A DNA stretch of 64,000 nt. It comes from Blepharisma stoltei ATCC 30299 (taxonomy: Eukaryota > Protista > Ciliophora). The position numbers and the translations under genes were made by a program. The notes under the pieces are model-generated. The model did no database searches. It saw only the letters and a program-made list of their open reading frames with translations, and was not told where the DNA came from. How positions within the stretch are numbered: the stretch's first letter is position 1; each line of letters opens with the position of its first letter. Shown piece by piece: positions 47,382 to 58,744 of this stretch. The stretch spans positions 585,525-649,524 of the forward strand of contig CBFDEM010000024.1 in the NCBI GenBank assembly GCA_965603825.1. The letters run 5' to 3'.

Positions 47382-49981
47382 ATGTCTGACTCTTCTATCC
47401 AAGTGATGCTCCGTGTAAGACCAGCTGACCCTGAAAGCTACGAGAATGTGTACGCTATCGCATCCAACAATACTGACATCCAGTTCTTTCTTCCAGATAA
47501 GGAGCCTCAAGGCTTTCAGTTCCATAAAATATTCCAACCTTTTTGTTCTCAAAATGATATATTTGACCAAGCAGCCTCTCAACAAGTTGACCAATTTCTC
47601 AGCGGCCATGATGCCTTGGTTTTTGCATGTGGCCCAGAAGACTCTGGAAAATCATATTCATTATTTGGTAACCTTAGCCCTAATAACGAAGCAAATGGAG
47701 TTATTCCCAAAGCACTTGTACATGTTTTCAAAAAGATAGAAACAATGAAATCCAGAAAAGAAATAGGTGTAATAGCCAGCTTTGTAGAAATTTATATGAA
47801 CCAAGTAAGAGATCTAGGAAATACTAAGGCTGAAGAGGGAAAGTCGGTATTTGAAATTGATAACTTTGACAACCCAGGGTATATAAGTGGACTTTCAGCG
47901 AATTTAATTAACTCTTATAATGACGTGCAGAGGATGATTCAGCATGGATTTGGCTTAAGAGAAAATTTATGAAGACAAGAAAAAGGTCATTTGATATTAA
48001 AAATTTCTATGACAGCTAAGGAAAAGAATTCTGCGTCAAATTCAAATTTTTACTTTGTGGAGCTTGCAGGGATTGGAGACCAAAAAGAAGATAAAACCAA
48101 ATACAAAGAACTGGATTTTTTAAATACCAGCTTTATTGCAGTGAAGAAAGCCATTTTAAACATCCAAAAAGGAACCCATGTGCAGCATAAAGACTCTCTT
48201 ATAACCTGGGTGCTCCAAAGTGTTCTAAACGAGAGGTCAAGCATTTTATTTTTGGCCCATGTGAACCCAAACCCCATTTTCAGTGACAAAATTATAGAAA
48301 CTCTTGATAATGCTCAGCAATGTATATCCTTGACTAACCGCCCCAAAGTCTCTCAAGAGCCTTCAAACCTAGTGAACCCTCAACAAATTAAGAGAATGCA
48401 AAAGGTAGAAGACGACATACAAGAGCTTAATAACCAAATCGACAAAACACTAAACGACCACTCCGCTAAGCTGAAAGCATTAGGAAAACTCGTCGGAATT
48501 CCCATAAATTTAATGGATATAGTAGACGCAGAATATGGGTCAAAAGAATACGAAATTGCAAAAAGATATTATGAAGCCTTCAAAAAAGCAGAAAAAATTG
48601 AAAAAAGAAACAAAAAAATAGAAAATGAAATTTTTATTGGAAATAGCATGATGGAAGAATTCAAGAGAGGAGAAGTTTTAAAGTCAAAGAAAACCCTAAA
48701 TCATGCAGAAAAGCTGAGAGAAAAAATATCTGAAGTAAAGCACGGCATTACAGACACCCAACTGCAGTCAAAACAAATAGTCCATGAAAATGTCATAGAA
48801 AGAGCTGAAGAACTACAAAAGTTACTGTTGCATTCCCACATGCTCCTCGAAGAAAAAGCCTCTGTCGTCCACAATCTTCCCTATACAATGAAATCTAAAG
48901 CTGCTGATATCCGAAATTTAGTCGATATCAAAGAAAGCAGCAAAGAAGACGTCCTCCCTGAGCTTATAAACAAGTTTAAGCTTAACGAAGAAGACCACGC
49001 AGGGGTTATAGAACTAATAAAGCATAAAAATGAAGCCAAACTTAAAGAACTTGACAGTGAAGCGCTCAGATTTGAACTGGAATGCAACGAATATAACAGA
49101 AGAAAAGAGTAAAAAACATATAGGAGCCATTATAAGACTATAGAAACTGAAATTATTCAGATTTACGCCATATTTGAAAAGCATGATACACTTATAAAAG
49201 AAATAGAACAAGGGGTGTACAATGGAGGAATCAAGCCAATTTATATGCTGGCAACAGAAATCCCTAAGCCTCCGACAAGAGAGAAATACCCTCAGTATGC
49301 TATATATAGAGCCTCTTTAAAGCACTTACGGAGAATAAGTTTCTCACATCGAAAACTGATAATTCTAATATAAGGATATGGAGCCACCCAGTTACTATGA
49401 AATATAAGAACTTAAGACAGTCTTTAGCCTTAAGTTCTCCTAAACCAAATACAGCTGCATTGCCTATGGTGAACACCTATATGACCCAGACTGAAAAAGG
49501 GACGAAATCAGATGAGCTAACCCAGTCCTTGCAAGCTGAGATAAATTCAGCTACAGATCAAGAAATTCTTATGATGGGGCAAAATTTGCAAGAAGCTATA
49601 AAATCACTATCAAAAGAAATAAAAAACTTAAAAAAATTCGAAGAAAATGAGCTCGGTAAGGTCCAAGCGATGGAAATGGAGCTTGATCGTGTTATCACAG
49701 AAAGGGATAAAGGCCGAGAACTATACACCCAGAACGTAAAAAACCGGATGGACTCCAAAATTGTGATTGATTCACAGAAAAGGCTGCTTGACAGGTACAT
49801 TTTTATAACTGAACAACTGAGTTCTAGACCTTCGACTGGGAAAAAAAGACCTCAGACGTCTTCAACTCAAAGACCAGGGACGGCTAAAGAAAGTAATAGA
49901 GACTCTTCTAAGGCTTATAACTCAGTCAGTCAGTTTTATTCAAGTCAAGCGTCAGTTGGGGTGTTTAGCAGAAGACTTTAG
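47382..49981 (+). CDS. Kinesin-like protein with degenerate motor motifs and coiled-coil tail (~855 aa)
   Basis: IQVMLRVRP, FACGPEDSGKSYSL, SFVEIYMNQVRDL, FVELAG, KDSLITWVLQ. TGA 47970. Introns 49109-49123 (15) and 49295-49311 (17, inferred). Confidence 0.78.
49295..49311 (+). other. Putative 17-nt intron enclosing a 15-nt GT-AG
   Basis: gtatgctatatatag|ag. The 15-nt splice or retention stops at 49371-49373; the 17-nt splice reads KYPHLFKAL into ORF 49397-49981. Confidence 0.55.
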
Positions 49982-50073
49982 ATAATTATTATCAATATAA
50001 ACAGCTTATTTTAAACTCTTCTTGAAAATGATTGTATAGAAATATACCCAGGTCTCTGTTTTCTATATGTAAA

Positions 50074-51598
50074 TTACATATTGGAATGGCTTTCATTTAA
50101 AAGCTGTCTTTTAAATGAATATCTTTGAGGAAAAACCATGGAATTTCTTTCCCCAGGGGTAGAGGGGTTGATTTCTTGCTTGCTGAAGTTCCGGTTTCTG
50201 TGGGAAAGTGTGGGGCTTACGAAGGAAGCCCGATAGAAACTGTCGTTAGGGTTAAGATTGTCGTAGACCATTGAAGGATTTCGGCTGCGGTGCGGCATCT
50301 GTTTTTTTGGCTCAAAAACATGTTTGACGTCTTTAGGCTTTAAAATGCTCAGTTTTTGAAGCTTTTTCATGCTCGGCTTTTTTAAGGGAGATTCTTCATC
50401 TCTTCTGGTAGAAATTTCAGGGAAAAGACTGGAAAACCTTTCATTATCTTTGGATTGTCTAATATTAGAAGGAATTTGTTTTATTATCCGAGGGACAAAT
50501 TCATCGTATTTTATTTGCACTGCATGCAGCGGAGTTATATTCGGCGATTTATCTCTTTTAATTGGCTTCAAAAATGAAGGCTCTGGAGTGTTATTTTCAC
50601 TATAAGCGTGCTTTTTATTAGAAATTCTTTTCTCTTGCAATTCTTCACTTAAAATTTTAAGAAGTTCTAATTCAAACGTCTGCTTAAAGGTCTTATCAAA
50701 ATATGGATGATCTAACAGTTCTTGACAGGTTGGCCTTTGATGTTGGTCATAAACTAAACAGGCTTTTAAAAAACTAATAGATGGATCCGGCAGAAAATAG
50801 AATTTCTTTTTGATAACAGACTCTAAATTGTTTAATGGTAACTTTTTTCTAATTAAATCATACATCTAGTCCTTGGTATATCGGGTTGTTCTGAAATGCA
50901 GTTACATACTTTTCCGGCAAATTCCCACCACATAATTTCATGATCTTATAAAGAGTATCCAAATCATTATCCCCCGGAAATAAAGGCTGCCCAGTAAGTA
51001 GCTCTGCAAATAAACACCCAACAGCCCATATATCAATCTCTTTTCCATACCGTGTATCCCCTACAAGCAACTCAGGCGCTCTATATCATCTAGTAGATAC
51101 ATAGTCCGTATAATTCCCGGCTTTTGAATTCAGCTGTCTCGCAAAGCCAAAATCACACAGCTTTAGCACCCCTTTATTTGAAATAAGAAGATTTTCAGGC
51201 TTCACGTCTCTATGCACAATATTATGAGTGTGGCAATATTTCAGCGCTTCCAGCAGTTGGAACATAATTCTCTTAACAGTCAGCTCATCTAATCCTTCAG
51301 GGCTCCTTTCAATTTTCTCTAAAATTGTGTTGTCGACGTACTCAAAGATCAGGTGTAGCCTACCTTTTCGCTGGAAGAACTCTAATAAGGAAACTATGTT
51401 TTGGTGCCGCATGAGTTTCAGCATCCGGACTTCTCGTAAGGCGATTTTCTTGACGTGCTCATTTTCGTCACCTTCTTTAAACTTTTTTATAGCAACGGTC
51501 ATGCCAGTTTCTTTGTGAAGAGCTTTGACGACTGTTCCGTACGTTCTGAATAGAAATTACCCTTCTCCTATGACATTTAGGACTTCGTATTTTTCCAT
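50074..51598 (-). CDS. CDKL-family (CMGC) protein kinase (~495 aa)
   Basis: GEG|TYG (15-nt intron 51546-51560), [36 protein letters not shown](TGA)-YRAPE. Second intron 50842-50863 (22 nt, inferred). Confidence 0.92.
50842..50863 (-). other. Putative 22-nt intron enclosing a 15-nt GT-AG
   Basis: gtatgatttaattag|aaaaaag. Of the AG acceptors, only the downstream one restores the kinase C-lobe frame. Confidence 0.6.
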
Positions 51599-51952
51599 TG
51601 TGAGATAATTAAAAATGATTTTGGAAAAGGAAAATTGGGGAATTGAAGGAAAAGTGAGGTAAAAAAGAAGAAGATAGAGGAGGGGGTTATATTAGGGAAG
51701 CGATATGGGGAGTAGAATATATAGAATTTCGATAAAGATAGAAATGAAATGCAATAAATGTAGTTTTGAAGATTATTTGGATAATGTAAATACTATATAA
51801 AAGTAGAATATTTTTAAATTTGCAGGTATTTAAAAACGACTTATTGCTGAAATATAAATAAATTTTATCAGCCTTATTTTTTGTTAAATTTAATTTACAA
51901 TTATAATTTAAACATATCATCAATTAAATTAATCAGAATAAAGGAATTAGGA

Positions 51953-52381
51953 TTATCCGAATATGGTTGAAAACTCTTTGATGTCAATCAGCCCATCCTT
52001 ATTCTTATCAAACGATTTCACCATCTCTTCAGCTTCTTCTGCTGTAATTGATTCCCCATACACTTCTCCTATTTCCACAATATCTTCAGGGCGAATTTTC
52101 CCTTTCTTCGATTGATCAAACACATTGAATAGACTTTTCAGCGAGTCTCCATCTGCAAAAGGGTCAAAATTTGCCCCGCAGATTGAGTCGAAATCCTTAA
52201 AAGATATTTTGCGTAACCCTTTTGGATCAAAAAGAGACATGTAGCTAAAGACTTCGTCTTGGAAAGGCTCAAAGCCGAGTTTGCGGAGGGTTGAGGAGAT
52301 TGCGTCGAAGGTAGCCTGCTGGTTTGGTTTAAGCTTCAAGAGCTTCCATACTACTTGTGCTGGACTTGGTTCTTCAGCCAT
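51953..52381 (-). CDS. Centrin/calmodulin-like EF-hand protein
   Basis: FDPKGLRKISFKDF, FDQSKKGKIRPEDI, FDKNKDGLIDIKEF; LRKLGFEP and YGESITAEE are centrin-like. Confidence 0.85.
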   Translation of the reverse strand: MAEEPSPAQVVWKLLKLKPNQQATFDAISSTLRKLGFEPFQDEVFSYMSLFDPKGLRKISFKDFDSICGANFDPFADGDSLKSLFNVFDQSKKGKIRPEDIVEIGEVYGESITAEEAEEMVKSFDKNKDGLIDIKEFSTIFG

Positions 52382-52528
52382 CTTAAATTATGTTTTATAA
52401 ACTGGAAATAATAGGCAGAGAAGTAATTTGATTTTAGCCCTAATATCAGCAGATTAATTTTATATAACTTTTTATTGATTGCATTTTTACCATGTTGAAA
52501 AAAATTGTGATTTTCAAGTATATTTAAT

Positions 52529-53428
52529 ATGGGCTGGAATCTAATTGAATTGCCGAATATCGAAGAAGAATTCAACCCAGAAAACACCTTTTTCATTGGC
52601 CAAGTTTTTAATTGGATGAAAGAAGATAATATTTATGTTGGATGCTTTGGAAATAAACTGCTAGAAATCTACGTGGAACAGTCAGGCATTAAATGAAAAC
52701 TCACCCCAGAAGGCACCGAAGAAGAAGTCCGTTCATATTTAAATCTTGATATTTCCCTTATCTCCCTTCTGAATGACTGAAAAAAAGACTCTTTCTTCAA
52801 CCAAATCTACCAAAACCAGCCAGGAGTCCGAATCCTCAAGCAGCCTGTTTTCGAATGCTTGATTTCTTTTATATGCTCTCAAAACAACAACGTCAAGCGT
52901 ATAAGCCAAAACATAGAAAGCATCAAAATGACCTATGGCACAGAAATATGCGAGAAATACGGGAAAACCTGATATGCATTCCCATCACCTGCTGATCTTT
53001 CTAAGGCAAAAATTTCTGAACTTATAAACCTAGGGCTAGGGTATAGGGCAAAATATATAGTAAATTCTGTTGAAAGAATTGTGGAAAAAGGAGGAAACGA
53101 GTGATTAAACTCGTTAAAGGAGATGGATTATGAGGAAGCGAAACTGGAAATTATGGAATTAGAAGGGATTGGGCCGAAGGTTGCGGATTGCATTTGCTTG
53201 TTTGGGTTAAACCATTTTTCAACTGTTCCGCTGGATGTACATATGTGGAGAATAGTTAGAGAGCATTATTTGGCTGGAAAAGCGTCGAAGTCGATGTCAG
53301 CTAAAGCGTATGCAGCAGCTACGAGTGCTTTTGTTAGTGTGTTTGGGAGCTATGCTGGGTGGGCTCATAGTATTTTATATGCTGCAAGCTTAAAAAAGGC
53401 ACTTCCTTTGAAAAGAAAGCTAAGATAA
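52529..53428 (+). CDS. OGG1: 8-oxoguanine DNA glycosylase/lyase (~299 aa)
   Basis: GQVFNW, GVRILKQPVFECLISFICSQNNNVKRI, GLGYRAKYI, GIGPKVADCICLFG..VPLDVH, YAGWAH. Joined through four TGA codons. Confidence 0.93.
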
Positions 53429-53765
53429 TTTGACATAAATATACCTTTAAGTGTGCTATAAACATAAATAGCAGAAATTTATATATGAAGCTGTTTTTCA
53501 AAATCTTAAATACTATAGTAGTATATTGATCTTTACTGAAGTAAATTTAATGATGGCAATTCAAGGTCATTTAAATTAGGGTATCGTAAATATGAAATGC
53601 TGATATATTTCATCAGACTTTACTGCCTGTGTAATCGATTTAAAATATCTTTACTAATGAAAACTAATAAATATCATATTTAATTAAAGCAAAACCATCA
53701 TATATCTGTACTCATTAAAAGAATTTCTACTTATGGTATACAAAATGGTTATTTATAAAAAAAAA

Positions 53766-54731
53766 TTAGATTTCCAATTCTTCTTCGTCAGGAAAATTGT
53801 CAGCAAACGCCATGCTTTCATCAGGCTTCTTAGGAATTACTGCTGGCTGAGAGTTTGTCGGTGCTCTTTTTGTAATGTTGTCTTTAAAGTTTTGAGTATT
53901 AGAATTTCTTGCCATAATACTTATACCTGTATTCGGAATTTTAATTTGTACATATGGCTTGCTTGCAAAACTTCCAGTTCCGGCCCTTGAATTTTTTGGT
54001 GAAACTTTTGGCTTCATCCCAGTTCTTCCTTTATAGATAAAAGGATTTTCTTCTTGAGTTTCTCTTCCAAGTCTTGAAGAAATGGGACTTCTTTTCCTTT
54101 TATTCTGTTGGTTCTCTAGCTCGTTTTCCAGCTCTTCTTTATTCTTCTGATAAAGCTTGATCGTCTTCTCCAACATCGGGATCATCTCATTTTTTAAATA
54201 ATCTCTCTCAGTTCTTACCTCTTGGAAATTTCTCAGCTGGTCTTCCAAATCTTTATTAGCGCTCTCCAATATATTTACTTTCTCAGTCACTTCTTTGCTT
54301 TTTTCCTCTCAGTCGCTCTTATCTTGCTTAGCCTTTGCTACTTCCAACTTAAGCCTTGCGCTTTCAATCCTCAAGATCTCATTTTGGCTTTGTTCTTCAT
54401 CAAAGCCAAATCTAGCTTCAAAATCTTGTTTGTGGAGACTAAAAGATCCTCGTGTTGACTCTCTTTCAGTTTCGCTGCCTCTAGAAGAAAACTTCCTCAG
54501 CTTAGTCTTGAGTTTACTGATTTCTAGGTCTTTAGCGTCGTTTAAAGCTTTAAGCTCAGAAATTCGAACTTCCAAGCCGGAGAGCTGAGAGGCATAATAA
54601 TGGTTCGTACGGAGCAGGCTTTCGCGGTCCCCTCGCATTTGGCGTAGCTCGACGAGTTCTTTTATTAGATCATGGTCGACGCCTTGGGAAAATCCGAATG
54701 AGGATTCGTCAAACGATAAATCACTTTCCAT
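53766..54731 (-). CDS. Uncharacterised coiled-coil protein (~321 aa)
   Basis: Two track ORFs in the same frame joined at TGA 54309-54311. Confidence 0.72.
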
Positions 54732-54936
54732 CTTACAGGTTATTTAACTTATTATGGCTTGCAATAAAATATTAATAAGTAGTTATGAAAAATGTAACTT
54801 TTATTAAGCAATAAGGAATTATTTATTAATAAAATTGATAGAGGATAAATCTGCATTTAAGACTAATTATTTTCAAGAAATAGTTATATTAATTACAAAA
54901 TTATAATTGGGGGCTAAATTTTTCTTATAAAAATAT

Positions 54937-55875
54937 ATGCGGAAGGACAATTCTCAACCTAAACAAGAAGAACAGTCTGACCAAGAAGACCAAGAGCCCA
55001 TAACCCAAAAACCTATTTATGAAGCATCTTCGGATACAAGTTCTGAAGAAGAAAATAATCAAGAACAGTCTGAAGATGGTGAAGAAATAGAAGAAATCGC
55101 TAATTTATTCAAAAAAAGAACCAGAAGAAGGCGCCACTTTGAAGATAACGAAGAAGATGAAAATTTAGTTGACTCAATCCTAAAAGAAATGGACAAAGCA
55201 GCAGACGATGATATAGACGCCAATAGAAATGATCTCCCAGCCTTAAACAAGCTTAAAATCCTTGATAAAGTCACCAAATTCCTCATTGTCAGCAAATATC
55301 ATGATCTATTCTTAGAAATGAACGGGACTTTTATACTAGGAAAATGGCTCGCACAAATGCCAGATGGCTCATTTCCTTCAACGCCTTTAAAATTAGGCCT
55401 CCTCCAAGCTATCCAAGATCTTCCAATCTCCACAAAAAATCTGCAGGAAAGCGACTTAGGAAAAAGCGTTATGGCGATTTACCGAAATCCTAATGAAACG
55501 GTTAATGTTAAAAGAATCGCTAAACTCCTGATTGATAAATGAAGCCGAATTATTTATGAAATTGAAACTAATTATACGATTCTCAACCAAGCTGAAGAAA
55601 ATGAAGACCCTGAAGTCCCCAGAACTGAGCACCCCAAGCCAAATTTGAACAAAATTTTATACAGTCAAGAAAATAACACACCATTTGCGAGAATTCCAGA
55701 AAAAAATTTATTTGATTTCAAGTATAGACCGACTAAATCGTCTGAGGATCATTCGTTGATGCCTGATAGGAATAGTGAGGCTATTAATAGATTAAAAAAG
55801 AAGCTGCAGATAAGAAAGAAAAGGGTCAAAAGAGCGACTGGAGAAATGAGCGTGGATGGAAGAAATCTTTATTAA
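54937..55875 (+). CDS. IWS1: IWS1/Spn1-like transcription factor (TFIIS N-terminal domain)
   Basis: Acidic N-terminus; MDKAADDD..N...PALNKL, WLAQMPDGSFP, SDLGKSVM, AKLLIDK-W(TGA)-SRII. Confidence 0.88.
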
Positions 55876-55905
55876 ATAAATTTTATTATGTAATTTTACA
55901 TGATT

Positions 55906-56742
55906 CTATGGCGATTTTGTATTACAAATAATGCAAACTTTTATATTGTCATCATTTTTATATTTGCAGATTTGGCAGACCCATCCACTTAGCCCAGGCT
56001 TTTTGGAATAGCAAGATGCGCATATATCTCAGCCAATGTCGTTACCATTGCCACAATGACATATTCAAATTGCAATTTGCTCTTTTGGTTGGTTAGAAGT
56101 TTGAATATCTACTTGGGCAGCCAAAGGAATTTTAGCTTGGTTATCATTTCTTATTGATTTAGGTATAATAAATGGAATTGGTTTAATTCTTTGGCCGCCC
56201 TCAGCTTTATTTTCCTCTAAAGTATTCTGAGCTTTTGGCAGCTTTTCTTTTAATTTTTTGATTTCTTCATCTTTAGTTTTATTTGCAGCTCTTGATTCAT
56301 TTAATTGTTTTCGTAGGAGCAAAATTTCTTCTTTGCATGAGGCTAGCTCATTTTCTAATGACAAATTTTTTTCTTTTTCAACATTATACTGTTTATTGAC
56401 CATTACGTATTTTTCTTCTTCTTTTTTCAAGCGGTCTTCTACGAATGCTTCTCTGCTTTTTATTGCTTCTAATAAATCTCGTTTAATTTGGCACTCCCGC
56501 TGAATTTCAGGCATTTTCTCTTTAAAACTGCTGATTATTGATTTTAAGCGATGATTCTCAATCAGGAATGTGTTTTTTAAAGTAGCCCCTGTTAAAGGGC
56601 TTGTTTTATTACGCTGGAATCAGGCTGTAATAGATGCTCTATCATAGCTTTGCCCATCTGGTGCAACAACAGGGTCTTCCATTAGATCTCCTGTTATAGG
56701 GCAGCAGTAGTCATCTGGAATATCAATAAAGCTTTCAACCAT
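55906..56742 (-). CDS. U-box + coiled coil + two RanBP2/NZF-type zinc fingers (~278 aa)
   Basis: IPDDYCCPITGDLMEDPVVAPDGQSYDRASITAW(TGA)F...SPLTG; W(TGA)ICHCGNGN......CASC and WVCQICKYKN......CIIC; TAG 55906-55908. Confidence 0.87.
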
Positions 56743-56971
56743 GATTAAAATTTATAGAAAGATAGCAATACATATAATTTAATTTAATCATCTAGAGAAT
56801 TAGAAGCCATCTTAAGGCTAATTTATTATGAATTTTAAATATCCCTGAAATTAAAGTTCTCTTCTTGCACCTTCTTGACATTGATTGTGAAATAATTATT
56901 AATTAAATTAAGTCCCCCAAGTCTAATAAGACTTTAATTGATTGGTTCAGAATAATAAAAATTTAAAATAA

Positions 56972-58690
56972 ATGATTAACCAGCGATTAGATGATTTCAG
57001 CAAGCTTAATGCTTTGACAAGCCAGATATGAATCAACAACCCTTATCGCCTGGAGCAACGTGCAAAATGTTTTCAAATTATTTCACACACAATGCAAATG
57101 TAATGCAGCTTGTGAAGCCGAGTCCAGAAAATCCCTCCAGATATGATTGTTTAGCAAACATAATAAACCTCATGAAAAGCATAGAAAATATAATTTCGAG
57201 ATCTATGGGGTTGGATAAATCAGTGATCTCAATTATCAGCAGCACAAGCATTCTGGAGTCTAGCAAAAGGTCATCATTATGCATTAGAAAGAAATAGCTG
57301 AGAAGAATTGGGAGGAAAATTAAGGGGATATTACAAAGAATTTGAAAGCAATCAAATATTAAGCTCTATGTGGGCCGAATCGATACCAGAATACCATATA
57401 ATTGTTCGAAGAATGTTTGGTAGGAAAAATGGAGTGAGTGAGGACCAACAATCAAGGAGAAGACCTTAGACCTCTCGAAAACTTATTTAATTGTTCGGAA
57501 ATCAGCAAAAATGATGATGAAGCACCTCGAAGAAAGGAAACTTATATAAAGTAACCACAATCTGATTTAAAAGTAAGGAAAAATTGCAGCTTCCCTTAAG
57601 CTTCAATTCTTTTTGAAGATGGTGATTAATAGCTATTCGTTTGTAGACAAGAGCCTTTTTATTTATAGTGTGTTAAATCATTGAATATTACCTTTATGTA
57701 TTGTACCTTATTTATCATAATATACCGCTATAACCCAGAATAATAACGACCAGAAAAAATATTGCACGACCTTGGAATTGGGGAAAAACTTTAAATATGG
57801 TGATGCTGCATTATTTTTCGCAGATTGAAGAAGATCTTCAACGTCTAAAGCTCAAAGCATTAAGCACAAGAAATGAGACAAAAATCCTCAATGCGCTAAA
57901 ATTTTCTCAAGTTGACGATGGGAAATTTATTGAGAATCATCTTGGGAAGCATCCAGTTATATTTTTACAATTCGATTATATTATATTTACTCTCCATATT
58001 GTCTTAGTAAGGCAGCTGTGCGCACTCTGGAAATTTGTACTGATATTATTGAATGGAATGCGAAAATTATGCATTAATTTTGGAGAAATTCAGCAAAATT
58101 ATAACTTATCGAGTATAAATAAATTAATCCTAACCGGATCAATTTCAAGAGAAATAAATGCATATTGAAAATTTGAAGAGCAGGAAAAACGCGAAAGAGA
58201 AGGCTATCCTGCTTTGGACTTCTTCATTCTTCGACTTTTAGACCTTGGCTATCTTACAATATAAAACTTATCGGATTTAACTAAATTACAATAAGACGCT
58301 CATATGGATGCAAAATAAAAAACTTCCAAAAAAAATAAAAGTATGGTAACAGTAATGATTAAATAATTAAGAATTAGTTAAAATAAGCACATGAAGCATA
58401 ATTATAAATATTTATGCATTCAAACATTAAGACCTTTCATCACTCAATTAACGTTTTCGAAAAATTAATGAACTGTTTAGCGAAGATTCTTTGTCATCAA
58501 TTGAAAATAAAAAATGTCTAAATGGCTCAGGAAGGGTTGAGGATATTGATTCAGCAAGGAGAGCTATTTTTAACTTTTAATGAGAGTAAGGACATTGAAG
58601 AGATTTTATCAAGTTTTTATCCAATATTGCGGAGAGGAAATGATGAAAGAATTAATCAGGAGCATGAAGAACTTTCGCAACAAAAATAGT
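56972..58690 (+). pseudogene. Decayed AAA-ATPase-like (PF09820-type) gene remnant
   Basis: LQLPLSFNSF / frameshift / YSFVDKSLFI ... IARPWNWGKTLNMVMLHYF ... HLGKHPVIFLQF, interrupted by TAA/TAG and frameshifts. Outer limits are approximate. Confidence 0.62.
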
Positions 58691-58744
58691 AACTTTAAGT
58701 TTATTCTGGATTATCAGATTTAATAAATTAAGAATTAATTATGA

